DNA from: Eledone cirrhosa
Taxonomy: Eukaryota
Reading direction: 5' to 3'
Assembly (NCBI GenBank): GCA_964016885.1
Contig: OZ024741.1
Coordinates: forward strand, 185,070,001-185,134,000
DNA: 64,000 bases
Position numbers and translations under genes: made by a program. A model generated the notes under the pieces. That model ran no database searches, was not told the origin of the DNA, and saw only the letters and a program-made list of their open reading frames with translations. Shown here one piece after another: positions 14,056 to 28,877 of this stretch; the stretch's first letter is position 1, and each line of letters opens with the position of its first letter.

Positions 14056-14970
14056 CGAGGTGGGTCAGAAAAGTTCCAGGACTGATGTCACAAAAGATTT
14101 ATTTCAAACCCAATCTTCACACTAATAGTTTTCTCCTTCAAAGTAATCCCCCTGGAGTCTAATGCACTTTTCCATCCTTTTCTACCACGCTTGCATGCAC
14201 TCCTGGAAAGATTCTTCCGGGATCCTCCGCAGTTCCGTCGTCACGCCATTTTGATGTCGTCCACGTCTTCAAAACGGGTCCCCTCCGGGTCGTACTCGAA
14301 GATCCGTGACTCATCACCGCTGATGACTGTCCCTAGCAAGTCTGGTTCGGTTTCAAGATGCTCGAGGATGTCCTGTCACACTTGCATACGTCGACCCTTC
14401 TGGTCATTGTTCAGCAGTTTTGGCACCATCTTCGCGGAGACTTTCCGCATGTCCAAATCTTCAGTGAGAATCTTAAAGACGCTGTCTCGATTCAGGCCCA
14501 GCTCATTTGCCATCAGTCGAACAGTCGGCCGACGATCGCTACCCACCATCTGCCTGACGTGCTCAACGTTGACCTCAGTCCTGGTTGTTGAGGGCCTTCC
14601 GCTCCTGGGGTCATCTTCCACGTCCTCGCGTCGTTCTTTAAACCTCTTGCACCACTCAAAAACACGTGAGCGTGACATCATCTCATCTCCATACACTTGC
14701 TGCAGCAATCCCAGTGCTTCTGATGGAGTTTACCCCAACCGTACCAGACACTTCAAGTTTGTTCGTTGCTCTGTGCTCATTGCTTGACGACCTGAAACAG
14801 AGGACATGTATATAAAATTATGAAGAAAAAGTTTGATCGCAACAGAGAACTAAGATTACAGTTACATACTCCAGGGAGATTACTTTGAAGGAGAAAACTC
14901 TTAGTGTCAAGTTTGGGTTTGAAATAAATCTTTTGTGACATCAATCCTGGAACTTTTCTGACCCACCTCG
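14056..14970 (-). mobile_element. internally deleted mariner transposon
   Basis: TA|CGAGGTGGGTCAGAAAAGTTCCAGGA...TCCTGGAACTTTTCTGACCCACCTCG|TA; inverted repeats about 100 bp. Confidence 0.95.
14125..14780 (-). pseudogene. mariner transposase pseudogene
   Basis: MSTEQRTNLK..VFEWCKRFK..EDDPRSGRP..RKVSAKMVPKLL..VISGDES.IFEYDPE, joined directly to the C-terminus GTRFEDVDDIK..KCIRLQGDYFEG; stops and frameshifts. Confidence 0.9.
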
Positions 14971-15040
14971 TATATCTATATATATATATATATTATTCAG
15001 AATATTAATAAATGAAGACATTTAAATAATCAAAATATAT

Positions 15041-15103
15041 GTTTTATTATATATATTTCGAAGGTACTGTGTTGTTTTTTCAGTACGTCCTCGTCAGATA
15101 AAC
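15041..15103 (-). ncRNA. type I hammerhead ribozyme
   Basis: gtttat-CTGACGA-ggacgtactg..cagtaccttc-GAAA-TATATA-TA-ataaaac. Confidence 0.75.
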
Positions 15104-15258
15104 TACATGAACTGATGCATGACATACCTCGACGGTCTTGATAGTTCAATTCCAGTATTGGCAGTGATTTATTACAACAAATCTCAACATTTATATACCA
15201 CAAATAATAAAACTATATTCATTTAGTAATCAATGAACCATATTAATCTTTGGTTATA

Positions 15259-15331
<73 letters not shown>

Positions 15332-15439
15332 GAAGTATTTCCGTAAGAAAGGTAAATGAAAAGAGAGTGCTCTATGTAGGCTACAGAGCTTTTTAGTTAT
15401 GTAATAAACAACATAAGATAATTAATTCATTTACCATAA

Positions 15440-15512
15440 ATTCTTTCAGATGATCGAAGGCAGGCGTAAATATCAAACACGTCTGTTTTCGTGAAACTTT
15501 TGGTAAATGAAT
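15440..15512 (+). ncRNA. hammerhead-like motif with variant core CAGATGA
   Basis: attcttt-CAGATGA-t cgaaggcaggcgt..acgtctgttttcg t-GAAA-CTTTTGG-TA-aatgaat. Confidence 0.5.
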
Positions 15513-15537
15513 TAATTTTCTCATGTTGTTTATTACA

Positions 15538-15588
<51 letters not shown>

Positions 15589-15744
15589 ACACACACATAT
15601 TTATATTATATATATATATGTAAGTATATATATATGTATCCTTATTTATGTATATATATGAGTGTCTGTGTGTATGTGCATGTGTTTGTAGATGAATATA
15701 TGTATACAGGTACAGATACACATGTACCTGCATTATTTGTAATT

Positions 15745-16407
15745 TGGCAGTAGCGGTAGAGGGTCGGACGCCATGCTTTGACGCATAGAGTTACGGCCCT
15801 TGCCATTCTGAGTTCAAATCCCGCGGAGGTTAACTTTGCCTTTCATCCTTACGGGGTCGATAAAATAAAGTACCAGTAATACACTGGGCAATTGCTGGCC
15901 TTGTGCCAAAAGTAGAAACAATTATTTGTAATTGCGTGTATGTATATACTAGTATATATCTGTTGTTGTTTCGACATTTTTACTCCTATTTTCTATCTCG
16001 TAACTTAGCGATTCAACAACTAGAGGTCAATAGAACTGTAGTCGGTATGTTGGAGTACATCATTGAATGCCGTACCCAATTTTGGCTCCAATCCAACAAC
16101 TTAAACCACCTATCTGACAAAAACATTATGTGTTTTCTTTGTTTTGAGGTATAAATACACTCATTGCTGAATTCAACCCCGTGTTATCACTGTATATTAT
16201 TTGATATAACGGGGTGGTGGATTGGCAGTATCAGTTGAGGGTCGGACGCCATGCTTTGCAGCATAGAGTTACGTCCTGTTGTGGTCTGAGATCAAATCCC
16301 GCCGAGGTTAACTTTGCCTTTCCCCCTTATGGGGTCTATAAAAGAAAGTACCAATAATGCACTGGGATAATTGCAGGCCTTGTGCCAAAATGTAGAAACA
16401 ATTATTT
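15745..16407 (+). mobile_element. two tRNA-derived SINEs (family A): 15745-15928 and 16212-16407
   Basis: Family consensus match. Confidence 0.85.
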
Positions 16408-16542
16408 GATATACACGTGTAGTATCGTGCATATTACACAGGAATTGTTTCTGAATCAAGGTTTCGATGAATGGAGCTATCGGTTGGTTATACACTAAAG
16501 TATATTTAGACGAAATTACTCTCAATAGTGTATATTAAGTAT

Positions 16543-17030
16543 ACTAGCTGAAAAACCACACGAAGGGTAGTTTTCTGCTAGCATGTGTAGTGTGCATATT
16601 GATATTATACGCAAATATACATGCATGTATATATGATACGTCAAATGTAATCGTAATTAACAATATGCACAGAAATTGAAGAGAGACTGTGTTACACTAT
16701 CTTCTGTAATCAGTAAATTGATCCTTGATACATATAAAGAAAGCGATATTATATATAAACTGCATTACGGTGAAATGTAATGAAAACGAAAAAGGAGAAA
16801 ATTAGCGATGGAAATATATGAACGATTATATAGCGTCCGTTATATCGTAACTGGGAGTGTTAACATTTGAAAATTTTAAAAGAAGTTAATCTTAAAATAA
16901 ACAATCATTATATATAAGAATATTTCTGTTTAGTCAACAGCTACGAAATTTAGTACATAAATTATGTAATATTCATTGATTATCTATTCCAACTTATTTT
17001 ACTAACGGGGTAAACAGTCCCTTTATTATA
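16543..17030 (-). mobile_element. Helitron-like non-autonomous family 2 (copies 39361-39864 plus, 58989-59440 minus)
   Basis: Three homologous copies of about 480 bp; terminal hairpin followed by CTAG|T. Confidence 0.5.
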
Positions 17031-18213
17031 TTATGATATTTTTATTCATCTTATAGTATGGCATCTTTTGAGATACACATTGATATTGTTACTGAGAAAT
17101 GTGTTTGCCAATATAATATAAAATATTTTGAAAGAAAATGTGACATTACTAAAAGACAAAAAAAGAAAGTAAATAAATAAACAAAAAAAAACAGAAAAAA
17201 ACTATTAAACAAACTTGCGTGCACATATATTAACACGTTGAAAATTGTACCTAAAAAAAAATGACAGTTCAAAAAGCAGCCACATTTGTAAACGGAGACT
17301 CGAAATTTTCCACATACAAGTGTCGATGAACAATATCTTACAAAGAAGAAAACAATTACAGTTTTGCCAGTGTTCCGAGCCCCAAAAATATATTGAACCG
17401 AAGTGAGCTGTGTCAAATAAGATTCTTTGATTAAAAAATTCATCGAGAATGGAGCTAGGATAAACATGGCACACTTTGTAGAAACAATGGAGGGTTGGGT
17501 TCATAGGGCCCAAAAAACAGTCAGAAGAGGCTCTAGCTGATCTATGAGGAGATGTGTGAATCAATGCGCTCCACTCCATCGATGCGAGAGAAGCACATGG
17601 AAACGAGGTGAGGTGATAAATGGATCCGGCGCACTTTCCTTCTACCAACGGACCGAACGCAGTACAAATGTCAGAGACAAAGACATTGGTGACGATACTG
17701 ATCTTTGTCCACTCAACACGTTGGCGTTATTGTACGAGAGGTGGTGAATGTGGACGAAACATGACAGGCCATGAGATGAGGTACCCATGGTGAAGTCACG
17801 CATGTCATGATATACCATGAAATACCATAAGATTACAGCCATGTATGATTTATCAGTGATGAAATATTCTATGACGTAAAACATTCAGTTCAGGGAATGA
17901 CAGCAGATTGTTGCTAGCGTTTATTTCTGATTATATTTATATTATATTTCTACGATGATATAGTGGGGAAGATATCTATATTTAATACAACAACGCTATT
18001 AATCCCCCTATATACATCCATACATAAATACACACACACACACACATATATATTTATATATATACTCAGAAATAGATAGTTTGTTATATATAGCTCTGAT
18101 TAATAAATATTTGCTTAATTAATTCTTCATTGAGCTTCACTCTGAAAGAAAGCCACACTCATACATTTATCTGTAACTATGTCTAATTATATACATATAT
18201 CCCTATGAATATA

Positions 18214-18322
<109 letters not shown>

Positions 18323-18511
18323 CGAAGGAAATGTGGTAAGGAACCAGGTGGACAATAACGCACCAAAGTACTCAATACTTAGGGTAGTAGAGTGGGTAAT
18401 AGGAACAAGTAAGACCCCGACGGCTGAGCTCAAGCCGTTTCGACGGCTAATTCTGGACTCAGAATTAGCCGTCGAAACGGCTTGAGCTCAGCCGTCGGGG
18501 TCTTACTTGTT

Positions 18512-18628
<117 letters not shown>

Positions 18629-18815
18629 ATGTGTGTATGAGTGTATTTGCACTGGTGTTACGTCTTCAATATTATTTGGTCGTAGTTTGTTTGAAATATT
18701 TACTTCTGTGTCTACAGATACATTGTTCTGTTTCAGAAGACCCCGTTTAGGGAGTAAGCAGAAATGTTTGGCCTAAACATTTAATCTGTATTAATAATAA
18801 ATATTTGTTCTACGA

Positions 18816-18866
<51 letters not shown>

Positions 18867-18957
18867 ACGTGGAAGATGCTAGATGGTCGGTTGTCCTCGG
18901 GTCTATGATTTTCAGCCCCATGGATTTTATCTGTTACATTCATTTATTATATTTCGA

Positions 18958-19015
18958 ATACCTGATGATATCACCGGATTCATACGGAACCCGGTCATTG
19001 AAATGATCATAGTAT
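18958..19015 (+). ncRNA. type I hammerhead ribozyme (relative at 31775-31870)
   Basis: atac-CTGATGA-tatcaccgg..ccggtcatt-GAAA-TGATCA-TA-gtat. Confidence 0.7.
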
Positions 19016-19055
19016 AATGAACCTTTCAAGGATTTACACAAGTCCAGCCTCCTGT

Positions 19056-19080
<25 letters not shown>

Positions 19081-19092
<12 letters not shown>

Positions 19093-19969
19093 TGTAGTTC
19101 CTGTCGGTTTGTTTGTTTGTTCAAGAACTCCTCCTATTGCTTTGGAGATAGACCCCCTTAACCATATATATATTGAAACTACATTGCCCAGGGTACTTGG
19201 ATCAGTATATTTCCTTTTAATCAAAGTATTCCCCTGGGGCACAAACCCCTGCTGAAAATTGTTTCCCTTCCATTTATATGAAATTTATACCATAGGTAAA
19301 TGACAATGATGCCATTTCACAAATTTGCAGCAAATTTCAATAATTTTAAGACACCCTAATGGGGGCTAAACCCTCTATAGTAAAAGTTTTGGAAGACCAT
19401 AACTTGAGTATTGGAGCCTCTATTATCACGGGGTTTAATTAAAGGTAAATCAACAAAAAAAAGCACCTCTCTTTTATAGTAAAATTTGGCTAATTTAGAC
19501 ATTTTTCAGACATTCTTTTCAGATTTGGCTAATTTAGACATTTTGTTATGCCATGGAAAAGAAAATCCAGTTATGCAAATAATCCACATGCAAAGAGGAC
19601 GAGTCTTGGTCGTTACTCTGAAAGCGGTGATGCAAGGTAAGAACGACTTTCTAGCCAAAGACAGAGGCAAACAGAGTCTCGGCAAAATGAAAGTAGTTAT
19701 GCAAGGGAAGAACGACTTCTAGGCAAAGACAGAGGCAGACAGATTCTCGGCAAATTGAAAGCTGTGATGCAAGGGAAGAAGGAATTTATAGGCAAAGACA
19801 GAAGCAAACAGAGTCTCGGCAAAATGAAACCTTTGGTGAGCATCAATTTAGACAGGAACAAGATAGATTTCACCATATTGTTGCAAGAAGAAATGACTCT
19901 GGAGAAGAAAGACAACAGTGTTTGATTGGTGATGTGTGAAACACAGCAAGGCGCGGGTAGTTCGGCTAG
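19081..19969 (+). mobile_element. Helitron-like element with three internal repeats of about 68 bp (19620-19830)
   Basis: Starts TATATAAA..(gttt)n; ends cagcaaggcgcgggtagttcggCTAG|T. Confidence 0.55.
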
Positions 19970-20049
<80 letters not shown>

Positions 20050-20174
20050 GACAACCTTTATCAAGTCCTCTTCGGATTTTGGTCCTTGTATTTAATATTT
20101 CTTTCGGTCTCTATTTTTTTCTCTCTCTCTCCCCCTCTCTCTCTCTCTCTCTCTTTCTTTCTCTCTCTCTCGCG

Positions 20175-20243
<69 letters not shown>

Positions 20244-20358
20244 TTCAATCGGGAGTAACCACAGTAATAGAACTGCTTCATTCAATATAAATCATCAAGA
20301 AAGCCCAGGCTTTTCTGATGATTTATTTTGAATGAAACAGTTCTAGTCATGTATGAGT

Positions 20359-20395
<37 letters not shown>

Positions 20396-20441
20396 CTTTG
20401 TGTGTGTGCGTGTGTGTATATGTGTGTGTGTGTGCATGTGT

Positions 20442-20485
<44 letters not shown>

Positions 20486-20503
20486 AGTTAGAAGTATATA
20501 TAC

Positions 20504-20595
<92 letters not shown>

Positions 20596-21005
20596 GTGCG
20601 TTGAGGGTGTGTATGCATGTTTGTGTATAATGATGACGTACTCCATAACCGTATGTTTCGTAAACAACTTGACAAGGATGATATCAAACGTGTTGTAAGT
20701 GATATCCCACACACGAAGATTTATATATATGGCACCACTTCATCCTATGTAATCTACGTATTCTATCTTATCTGTAGCTCTGGCCTAATCTCCTTCTTCC
20801 TGTTTTAATACAATCACTATCAAACACAGCACCACCAAACCACCACTAGTACGTTAATTTTGTTTAAAATACTTTTAGATGTTTACATTACTTGGGTATC
20901 AATGGGTATAAAATATACAGTAAATATAATTATGTAACGGAATGCATGTATTTATGTATGCTTTTATATACACAGTATATATATATATGTATATATATAT
21001 ATATA

Positions 21006-21057
<52 letters not shown>

Positions 21058-21139
21058 ATAGTATATATATACATGTATGTATATATCTAATAATAATGTA
21101 TATATATAATAATAATGTATATATATATATATAAATATA

Positions 21140-21212
<73 letters not shown>

Positions 21213-21380
21213 AAAGTTATATTTAAAATTGTTGGGTTACAACTATTAAATATTTATAACTGATATAAAAGCACTCGACAAATATTTGGAGTATATTTAC
21301 TGCCAGCCTAAACCTCTTCAAATGAAGTCGGTGTTATAACGGTATGTCGAATCTATTTATCTATAAAACTGTTTATATTG

Positions 21381-21446
21381 TATTTTGTCTGATGAAGGCA
21401 TAGCATATTGTTAATATGATATCCCCGAAATATATATAATGAAATA
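21381..21446 (+). ncRNA. type I hammerhead ribozyme within fold-back insert 21211-21488
   Basis: tattttgt-CTGATGA-stem II-GAAA-TATATA-TA-atgaaata; relative at 56701-56780. Confidence 0.65.
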
Positions 21447-21488
21447 AATATGGTTTTATAAATATAGTTTTCCATTTATTTAATATTG

Positions 21489-21571
<83 letters not shown>

Positions 21572-21853
21572 GTCCAGAATTAGCCGTCGAAACGGTTTGA
21601 GATCAGCCGTCGGGGTCTTACTGGTTCCTATTACCTACTCTACTACCCTAAGTATTGAGTACTTTGGTGCGTTATGGTCCACCTGGTTCCTTACCACATT
21701 TCCTTCGTTATACATATATATATATATATATATAAATTGAAACAAAATGAAAACGAAATTTCATTTCTCACTCTTAGTATGGCACTTACTTAAATGTAAG
21801 TATGCATGTATACGTACTTACATATATGTATACAGACGTACAGTAGCATGCAC

Positions 21854-21884
<31 letters not shown>

Positions 21885-22038
21885 TACATATGCATACAGG
21901 TACACATACATATATGCACGTATCAGTTTAGCGGCGCTAACGTCGCTTTGTTCGTTTGTAAACAAACTGAACAGCCTGAATTTATGCCATACGGTGTTAA
22001 GGCAACCACGTCACCTTTTTGTTCAACACTGACACAGG

Positions 22039-22083
22039 AACGATGTACTAGTTTCAAGCTTGTTAGCTATCATCAGCACCGTT
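22039..22083 (-). ncRNA. minimal type I hammerhead, one per forward 470-bp unit (15 copies, last at about 28609-28653)
   Basis: aacggtg-CTGATGA-t agct aaca agct t-GAAA-CTAG-TA-catcgtt. Confidence 0.85.
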
Positions 22084-22323
22084 TACCCATCTGCCAGATA
22101 GTTGAACGTTCGAAAGTATATACTTTCCTTATGAAAATTAACGGCTGAGCAGCCTAATTTGCATATTGAGTGAGTTAAATCGGTCAGGCATACAGAAAAC
22201 GATAAATTGAAACAAAATGAAAACGAAATTTCATTTCTCACTCTTAGTATGGCACTTACTTAAATGTAAGTATGCATGTATACGTACATACATATATGTA
22301 TACAGACGTACAGTAGCATGCAC

Positions 22324-22354
<31 letters not shown>

Positions 22355-22793
22355 TACATATGCATACAGGTACACATACATATATGCACGTATCAGTTTA
22401 GCGGCGCTAACGTCGCTTTGTTCGTTTGTAAACAAACTGAACAGCCTGAATTTATGCCATACGGTGTTAAGGCAACCACGTCACCTTTTTGTTCAACACT
22501 GACACAGGAACGATGTACTAGTTTCAAGCTTGTTAGCTATCATCAGCACCGTTTACCCATCTGCCAGATAGTTGAACGTTCGAAAGTATATACTTTCCTT
22601 ATGAAAATTAACGGCTGAGCAGCCTAATTTGCATATTGAGTGAGTTAAATCGGTCAGGCATACCGAAAACGATAAATTGAAACAAAATGAAAACGAAATT
22701 TCATTTCTCACTCTTAGTATGGCACTTACTTAAATGTAAGTATGCATGTATACGTACATACATATATGTATACAGACGTACAGTAGCATGCAC

Positions 22794-22826
<33 letters not shown>

Positions 22827-23265
22827 TACATATGCATACAGGTACACATACATATATGCACGTATCAGTTTAGCGGCGCTAACGTCGCTTTGTTCGTTTG
22901 TAAACAAACTGAACAGCCTGAATTTATGCCATACGGTGTTAAGGCAACCACGTCACCTTTTTGTTCAACACTGACACAGGAACGATGTACTAGTTTCAAG
23001 CTTGTTAGCTATCATCAGCACCGTTTACCCATCTGCCAGATAGTTGAACGTTCGAAAGTATATACTTTCCTTATGAAAATTAACGGCTGAGCAGCCTAAT
23101 TTGCATATTGAGTGAGTTAAATCGGTCAGGCATACCGAAAACGATAAATTGAAACAAAATGAAAACGAAATTTCATTTCTCACTCTTAGTATGGCACTTA
23201 CTTAAATGTAAGTATGCATGTATACGTACATACATATATGTATACAGACGTACAGTAGCATGCAC

Positions 23266-23296
<31 letters not shown>

Positions 23297-23735
23297 TACA
23301 TATGCATACAGGTACACATACATATATGCACGTATCAGTTTAGCGGCGCTAACGTCGCTTTGTTCGTTTGTAAACAAACTGAACAGCCTGAATTTATGCC
23401 ATACGGTGTTAAGGCAACCACGTCACCTTTTTGTTCAACACTGACACAGGAACGATGTACTAGTTTCAAGCTTGTTAGCTATCATCAGCACCGTTTACCC
23501 ATCTGCCAGATAGTTGAACGTTCGAAAGTATATACTTTCCTTATGAAAATTAACGGCTGAGCAGCCTAATTTGCATATTGAGTGAGTTAAATCGGTCAGG
23601 CATACCGAAAACGATAAATTGAAACAAAATGAAAACGAAATTTCATTTCTCACTCTTAGTATGGCACTTACTTAAATGTAAGTATGCATGTATACGTACA
23701 TACATATATGTATACAGACGTACAGTAGCATGCAC

Positions 23736-23768
<33 letters not shown>

Positions 23769-24207
23769 TACATATGCATACAGGTACACATACATATATG
23801 CACGTATCAGTTTAGCGGCGCTAACGTCGCTTTGTTCGTTTGTAAACAAACTGAACAGCCTGAATTTATGCCATACGGTGTTAAGGCAACCACGTCACCT
23901 TTTTGTTCAACACTGACACAGGAACGATGTACTAGTTTCAAGCTTGTTAGCTATCATCAGCACCGTTTACCCATCTGCCAGATAGTTGAACGTTCGAAAG
24001 TATATACTTTCCTTATGAAAATTAACGGCTGAGCAGCCTAATTTGCATATTGAGTGAGTTAAATCGGTCAGGCATACCGAAAACGATAAATTGAAACAAA
24101 ATGAAAACGAAATTTCATTTCTCACTCTTAGTATGGCACTTACTTAAATGTAAGTATGCATGTATACGTACATACATATATGTATACAGACGTACAGTAG
24201 CATGCAC

Positions 24208-24238
<31 letters not shown>

Positions 24239-25145
24239 TACATATGCATACAGGTACACATACATATATGCACGTATCAGTTTAGCGGCGCTAACGTCGC
24301 TTTGTTCGTTTGTAAACAAACTGAACAGCCTGAATTTATGCCATACGGTGTTAAGGCAACCACGTCACCTTTTTGTTCAACACTGACACAGGAACGATGT
24401 ACTAGTTTCAAGCTTGTTAGCTATCATCAGCACCGTTTACCCATCTGCCAGATAGTTGAACGTTCGAAAGTATATACTTTCCTTATGAAAATTAACGGCT
24501 GAGCAGCCTAATTTGCATATTGAGTGAGTTAAATCGGTCAGGCATACCGAAAACGATAAATTGAAACAAAATGAAAACGAAATTTCATTTCTCACTCTTA
24601 GTATGGCACTTACTTAAATGTAAGTATGCATGTATACGTACATACATATATGTATACAGACGTACAGTAGCATGCACATATATATATATATATATACACA
24701 TATACATACATATGCATACAGGTACACATACATATATGCACGTATCAGTTTAGCGGCGCTAACGTCGCTTTGTTCGTTTGTAAACAAACTGAACAGCCTG
24801 AATTTATGCCATACGGTGTTAAGGCAACCACGTCACCTTTTTGTTCAACACTGACACAGGAACGATGTACTAGTTTCAAGCTTGTTAGCTATCATCAGCA
24901 CCGTTTACCCATCTGCCAGATAGTTGAACGTTCGAAAGTATATACTTTCCTTATGAAAATTAACGGCTGAGCAGCCTAATTTGCATATTGAGTGAGTTAA
25001 ATCGGTCAGGCATACCGAAAACGATAAATTGAAACAAAATGAAAACGAAATTTCATTTCTCACTCTTAGTATGGCACTTACTTAAATGTAAGTATGCATG
25101 TATACGTACATACATATATGTATACAGACGTACAGTAGCATGCAC

Positions 25146-25176
<31 letters not shown>

Positions 25177-25615
25177 TACATATGCATACAGGTACACATA
25201 CATATATGCACGTATCAGTTTAGCGGCGCTAACGTCGCTTTGTTCGTTTGTAAACAAACTGAACAGCCTGAATTTATGCCATACGGTGTTAAGGCAACCA
25301 CGTCACCTTTTTGTTCAACACTGACACAGGAACGATGTACTAGTTTCAAGCTTGTTAGCTATCATCAGCACCGTTTACCCATCTGCCAGATAGTTGAACG
25401 TTCGAAAGTATATACTTTCCTTATGAAAATTAACGGCTGAGCAGCCTAATTTGCATATTGAGTGAGTTAAATCGGTCAGGCATACCGAAAACGATAAATT
25501 GAAACAAAATAAAAACGAAATTTCATTTCTCACTCTTAGTATGGCACTTACTTAAATGTAAGTATGCATGTATACGTACATACATATATGTATACAGACG
25601 TACAGTAGCATGCAC

Positions 25616-25646
<31 letters not shown>

Positions 25647-26085
25647 TACATATGCATACAGGTACACATACATATATGCACGTATCAGTTTAGCGGCGCT
25701 AACGTCGCTTTGTTCGTTTGTAAACAAACTGAACAGCCTGAATTTATGCCATACGGTGTTAAGGCAACCACGTCACCTTTTTGTTCAACACTGACACAGG
25801 AACGATGTACTAGTTTCAAGCTTGTTAGCTATCATCAGCACCGTTTACCCATCTGCCAGATAGTTGAACGTTCGAAAGTATATACTTTCCTTATGAAAAT
25901 TAACGGCTGAGCAGCCTAATTTGCATATTGAGTGAGTTAAATCGGTCAGGCATACCGAAAACGATAAATTGAAACAAAATGAAAACGAAATTTCATTTCT
26001 CACTCTTAGTATGGCACTTACTTAAATGTAAGTATGCATGTATACGTACATACATATATGTATACAGACGTACAGTAGCATGCAC

Positions 26086-26116
<31 letters not shown>

Positions 26117-27953
26117 TACATATGCATACAGGTACACATACATATATGCACGTATCAGTTTAGCGGCGCTAACGTCGCTTTGTTCGTTTGTAAACAAACT
26201 GAACAGCCTGAATTTATGCCATACGGTGTTAAGGCAACCACGTCACCTTTTTGTTCAACACTGACACAGGAACGATGTACTAGTTTCAAGCTTGTTAGCT
26301 ATCATCAGCACCGTTTACCCATCTGCCAGATAGTTGAACGTTCGAAAGTATATACTTTCCTTATGAAAATTAACGGCTGAGCAGCCTAATTTGCATATTG
26401 AGTGAGTTAAATCGGTCAGGCATACCGAAAACGATAAATTGAAACAAAATGAAAACGAAATTTCATTTCTCACTCTTAGTATGGCACTTACTTAAATGTA
26501 AGTATGCATGTATACGTACATACATATATGTATACAGACGTACAGTAGCATGCACATATATATATATATATACACATATACATACATATGCATACAGGTA
26601 CACATACATATATGCACGTATAAGTTTAGCGGCGCTAACGTCGCTTTGTTCGTTTGTAAACAAACTGAACAGCCTGAATTTATGCCATACGGTGTTAAGG
26701 CAACCACGTCACCTTTTTGTTCAACACTGACACAGGAACGATGTACTAGTTTCAAGCTTGTTAGCTATCATCAGCACCGTTTACCCATCTGCCAGATAGT
26801 TGAACGTTCGAAAGTATATACTTTCCTTATGAAAATTAACGGCTGAGCAGCCTAATTTGCATATTGAGTGAGTTAAATCGGTCAGGCATACCGAAAACGA
26901 TAAATTGAAACAAAATGAAAACGAAATTTCATTTCTCACTCTTAGTATGGCACTTACTTAAATGTAAGTATGCATGTATACGTACATACATATATGTATA
27001 CAGACGTACAGTAGCATGCACATATATATATATATATACACATATACATACATATGCATACAGGTACACATACATATATGCACGTATAAGTTTAGCGGCG
27101 CTAACGTCGCTTTGTTCGTTTGTAAACAAACTGAACAGCCTGAATTTATGCCATACGGTGTTAAGGCAACCACGTCACCTTTTTGTTCAACACTGACACA
27201 GGAACGATGTACTAGTTTCAAGCTTGTTAGCTATCATCAGCACCGTTTACCCATCTGCCAGATAGTTGAACGTTCGAAAGTATATACTTTCCTTATGAAA
27301 ATTAACGGCTGAGCAGCCTAATTTGCATATTGAGTGAGTTAAATCGGTCAGGCATACCGAAAACGATAAATTGAAACAAAATGAAAACGAAATTTCATTT
27401 CTCACTCTTAGTATGGCACTTACTTAAATGTAAGTATGCATGTATACGTACATACATATATGTATACAGACGTACAGTAGCATGCACATATATATATATA
27501 TATACACATATACATACATATGCATACAGGTACACATACATATATGCACGTATAAGTTTAGCGGCGCTAACGTCGCTTTGTTCGTTTGTAAACAAACTGA
27601 ACAGCCTGAATTTATGCCATACGGTGTTAAGGCAACCACGTCACCTTTTTGTTCAACACTGACACAGGAACGATGTACTAGTTTCAAGCTTGTTAGCTAT
27701 CATCAGCACCGTTTACCCATCTGCCAGATAGTTGAACGTTCGAAAGTATATACTTTCCTTATGAAAATTAACGGCTGAGCAGCCTAATTTGCATATTGAG
27801 TGAGTTAAATCGGTCAGGCATACCGAAAACGATAAATTGAAACAAAATGAAAACGAAATTTCATTTCTCACTCTTAGTATGGCACTTACTTAAATGTAAG
27901 TATGCATGTATACGTACATACATATATGTATACAGACGTACAGTAGCATGCAC

Positions 27954-27984
<31 letters not shown>

Positions 27985-28423
27985 TACATATGCATACAGG
28001 TACACATACATATATGCACGTATCAGTTTAGCGGCGCTAACGTCGCTTTGTTCGTTTGTAAACAAACTGAACAGCCTGAATTTATGCCATACGGTGTTAA
28101 GGCAACCACGTCACCTTTTTGTTCAACACTGACACAGGAACGATGTACTAGTTTCAAGCTTGTTAGCTATCATCAGCACCGTTTACCCATCTGCCAGATA
28201 GTTGAACGTTCGAAAGTATATACTTTCCTTATGAAAATTAACGGCTGAGCAGCCTAATTTGCATATTGAGTGAGTTAAATCGGTCAGGCATACCGAAAAC
28301 GATAAATTGAAACAAAATGAAAACGAAATTTCATTTCTCACTCTTAGTATGGCACTTACTTAAATGTAAGTATGCATGTATACGTACATACATATATGTA
28401 TACAGACGTACAGTAGCATGCAC

Positions 28424-28454
<31 letters not shown>

Positions 28455-28832
28455 TACATATGCATACAGGTACACATACATATATGCACGTATCAGTTTA
28501 GCGGCGCTAACGTCGCTTTGTTCGTTTGTAAACAAACTGAACAGCCTGAATTTATGCCATACGGTGTTAAGGCAACCACGTCACCTTTTTGTTCAACACT
28601 GACACAGGAACGATGTACTAGTTTCAAGCTTGTTAGCTATCATCAGCACCGTTTACCCATCTGCCAGATAGTTGAACGTTCGAAAGTATATACTTTCCTT
28701 ATGAAAATTAACGGCTGAGCAGCCTAATTTGCATATTGAGTGAGTTAAATCGGTCAGGCATACCGAAAACGATAAATTGAAACAAAATGAAAACGAAATT
28801 TCATTTCTCACTCTTAGTATGGCAGATGGGTA

Positions 28833-28877
28833 AACGGTGCTGATGATAGCTAACAAGCTTGAAACTAGTACATCGTT
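28833..28877 (+). ncRNA. minimal type I hammerhead in inverted 470-bp units (also 29303, 29773, 30243)
   Basis: Same motif; predicted cleavage after GUA at 28870. Confidence 0.85.

Noticed and set aside
14191-14787. 198-aa plus-strand ORF
   Set aside because: Antisense shadow of the mariner transposase
22143-22205. Second hammerhead on plus strand of the 470 unit (CTGAGCA...GAAA)
   Set aside because: Core deviates from CUGANGA, and no UH site or stem I pairing was found
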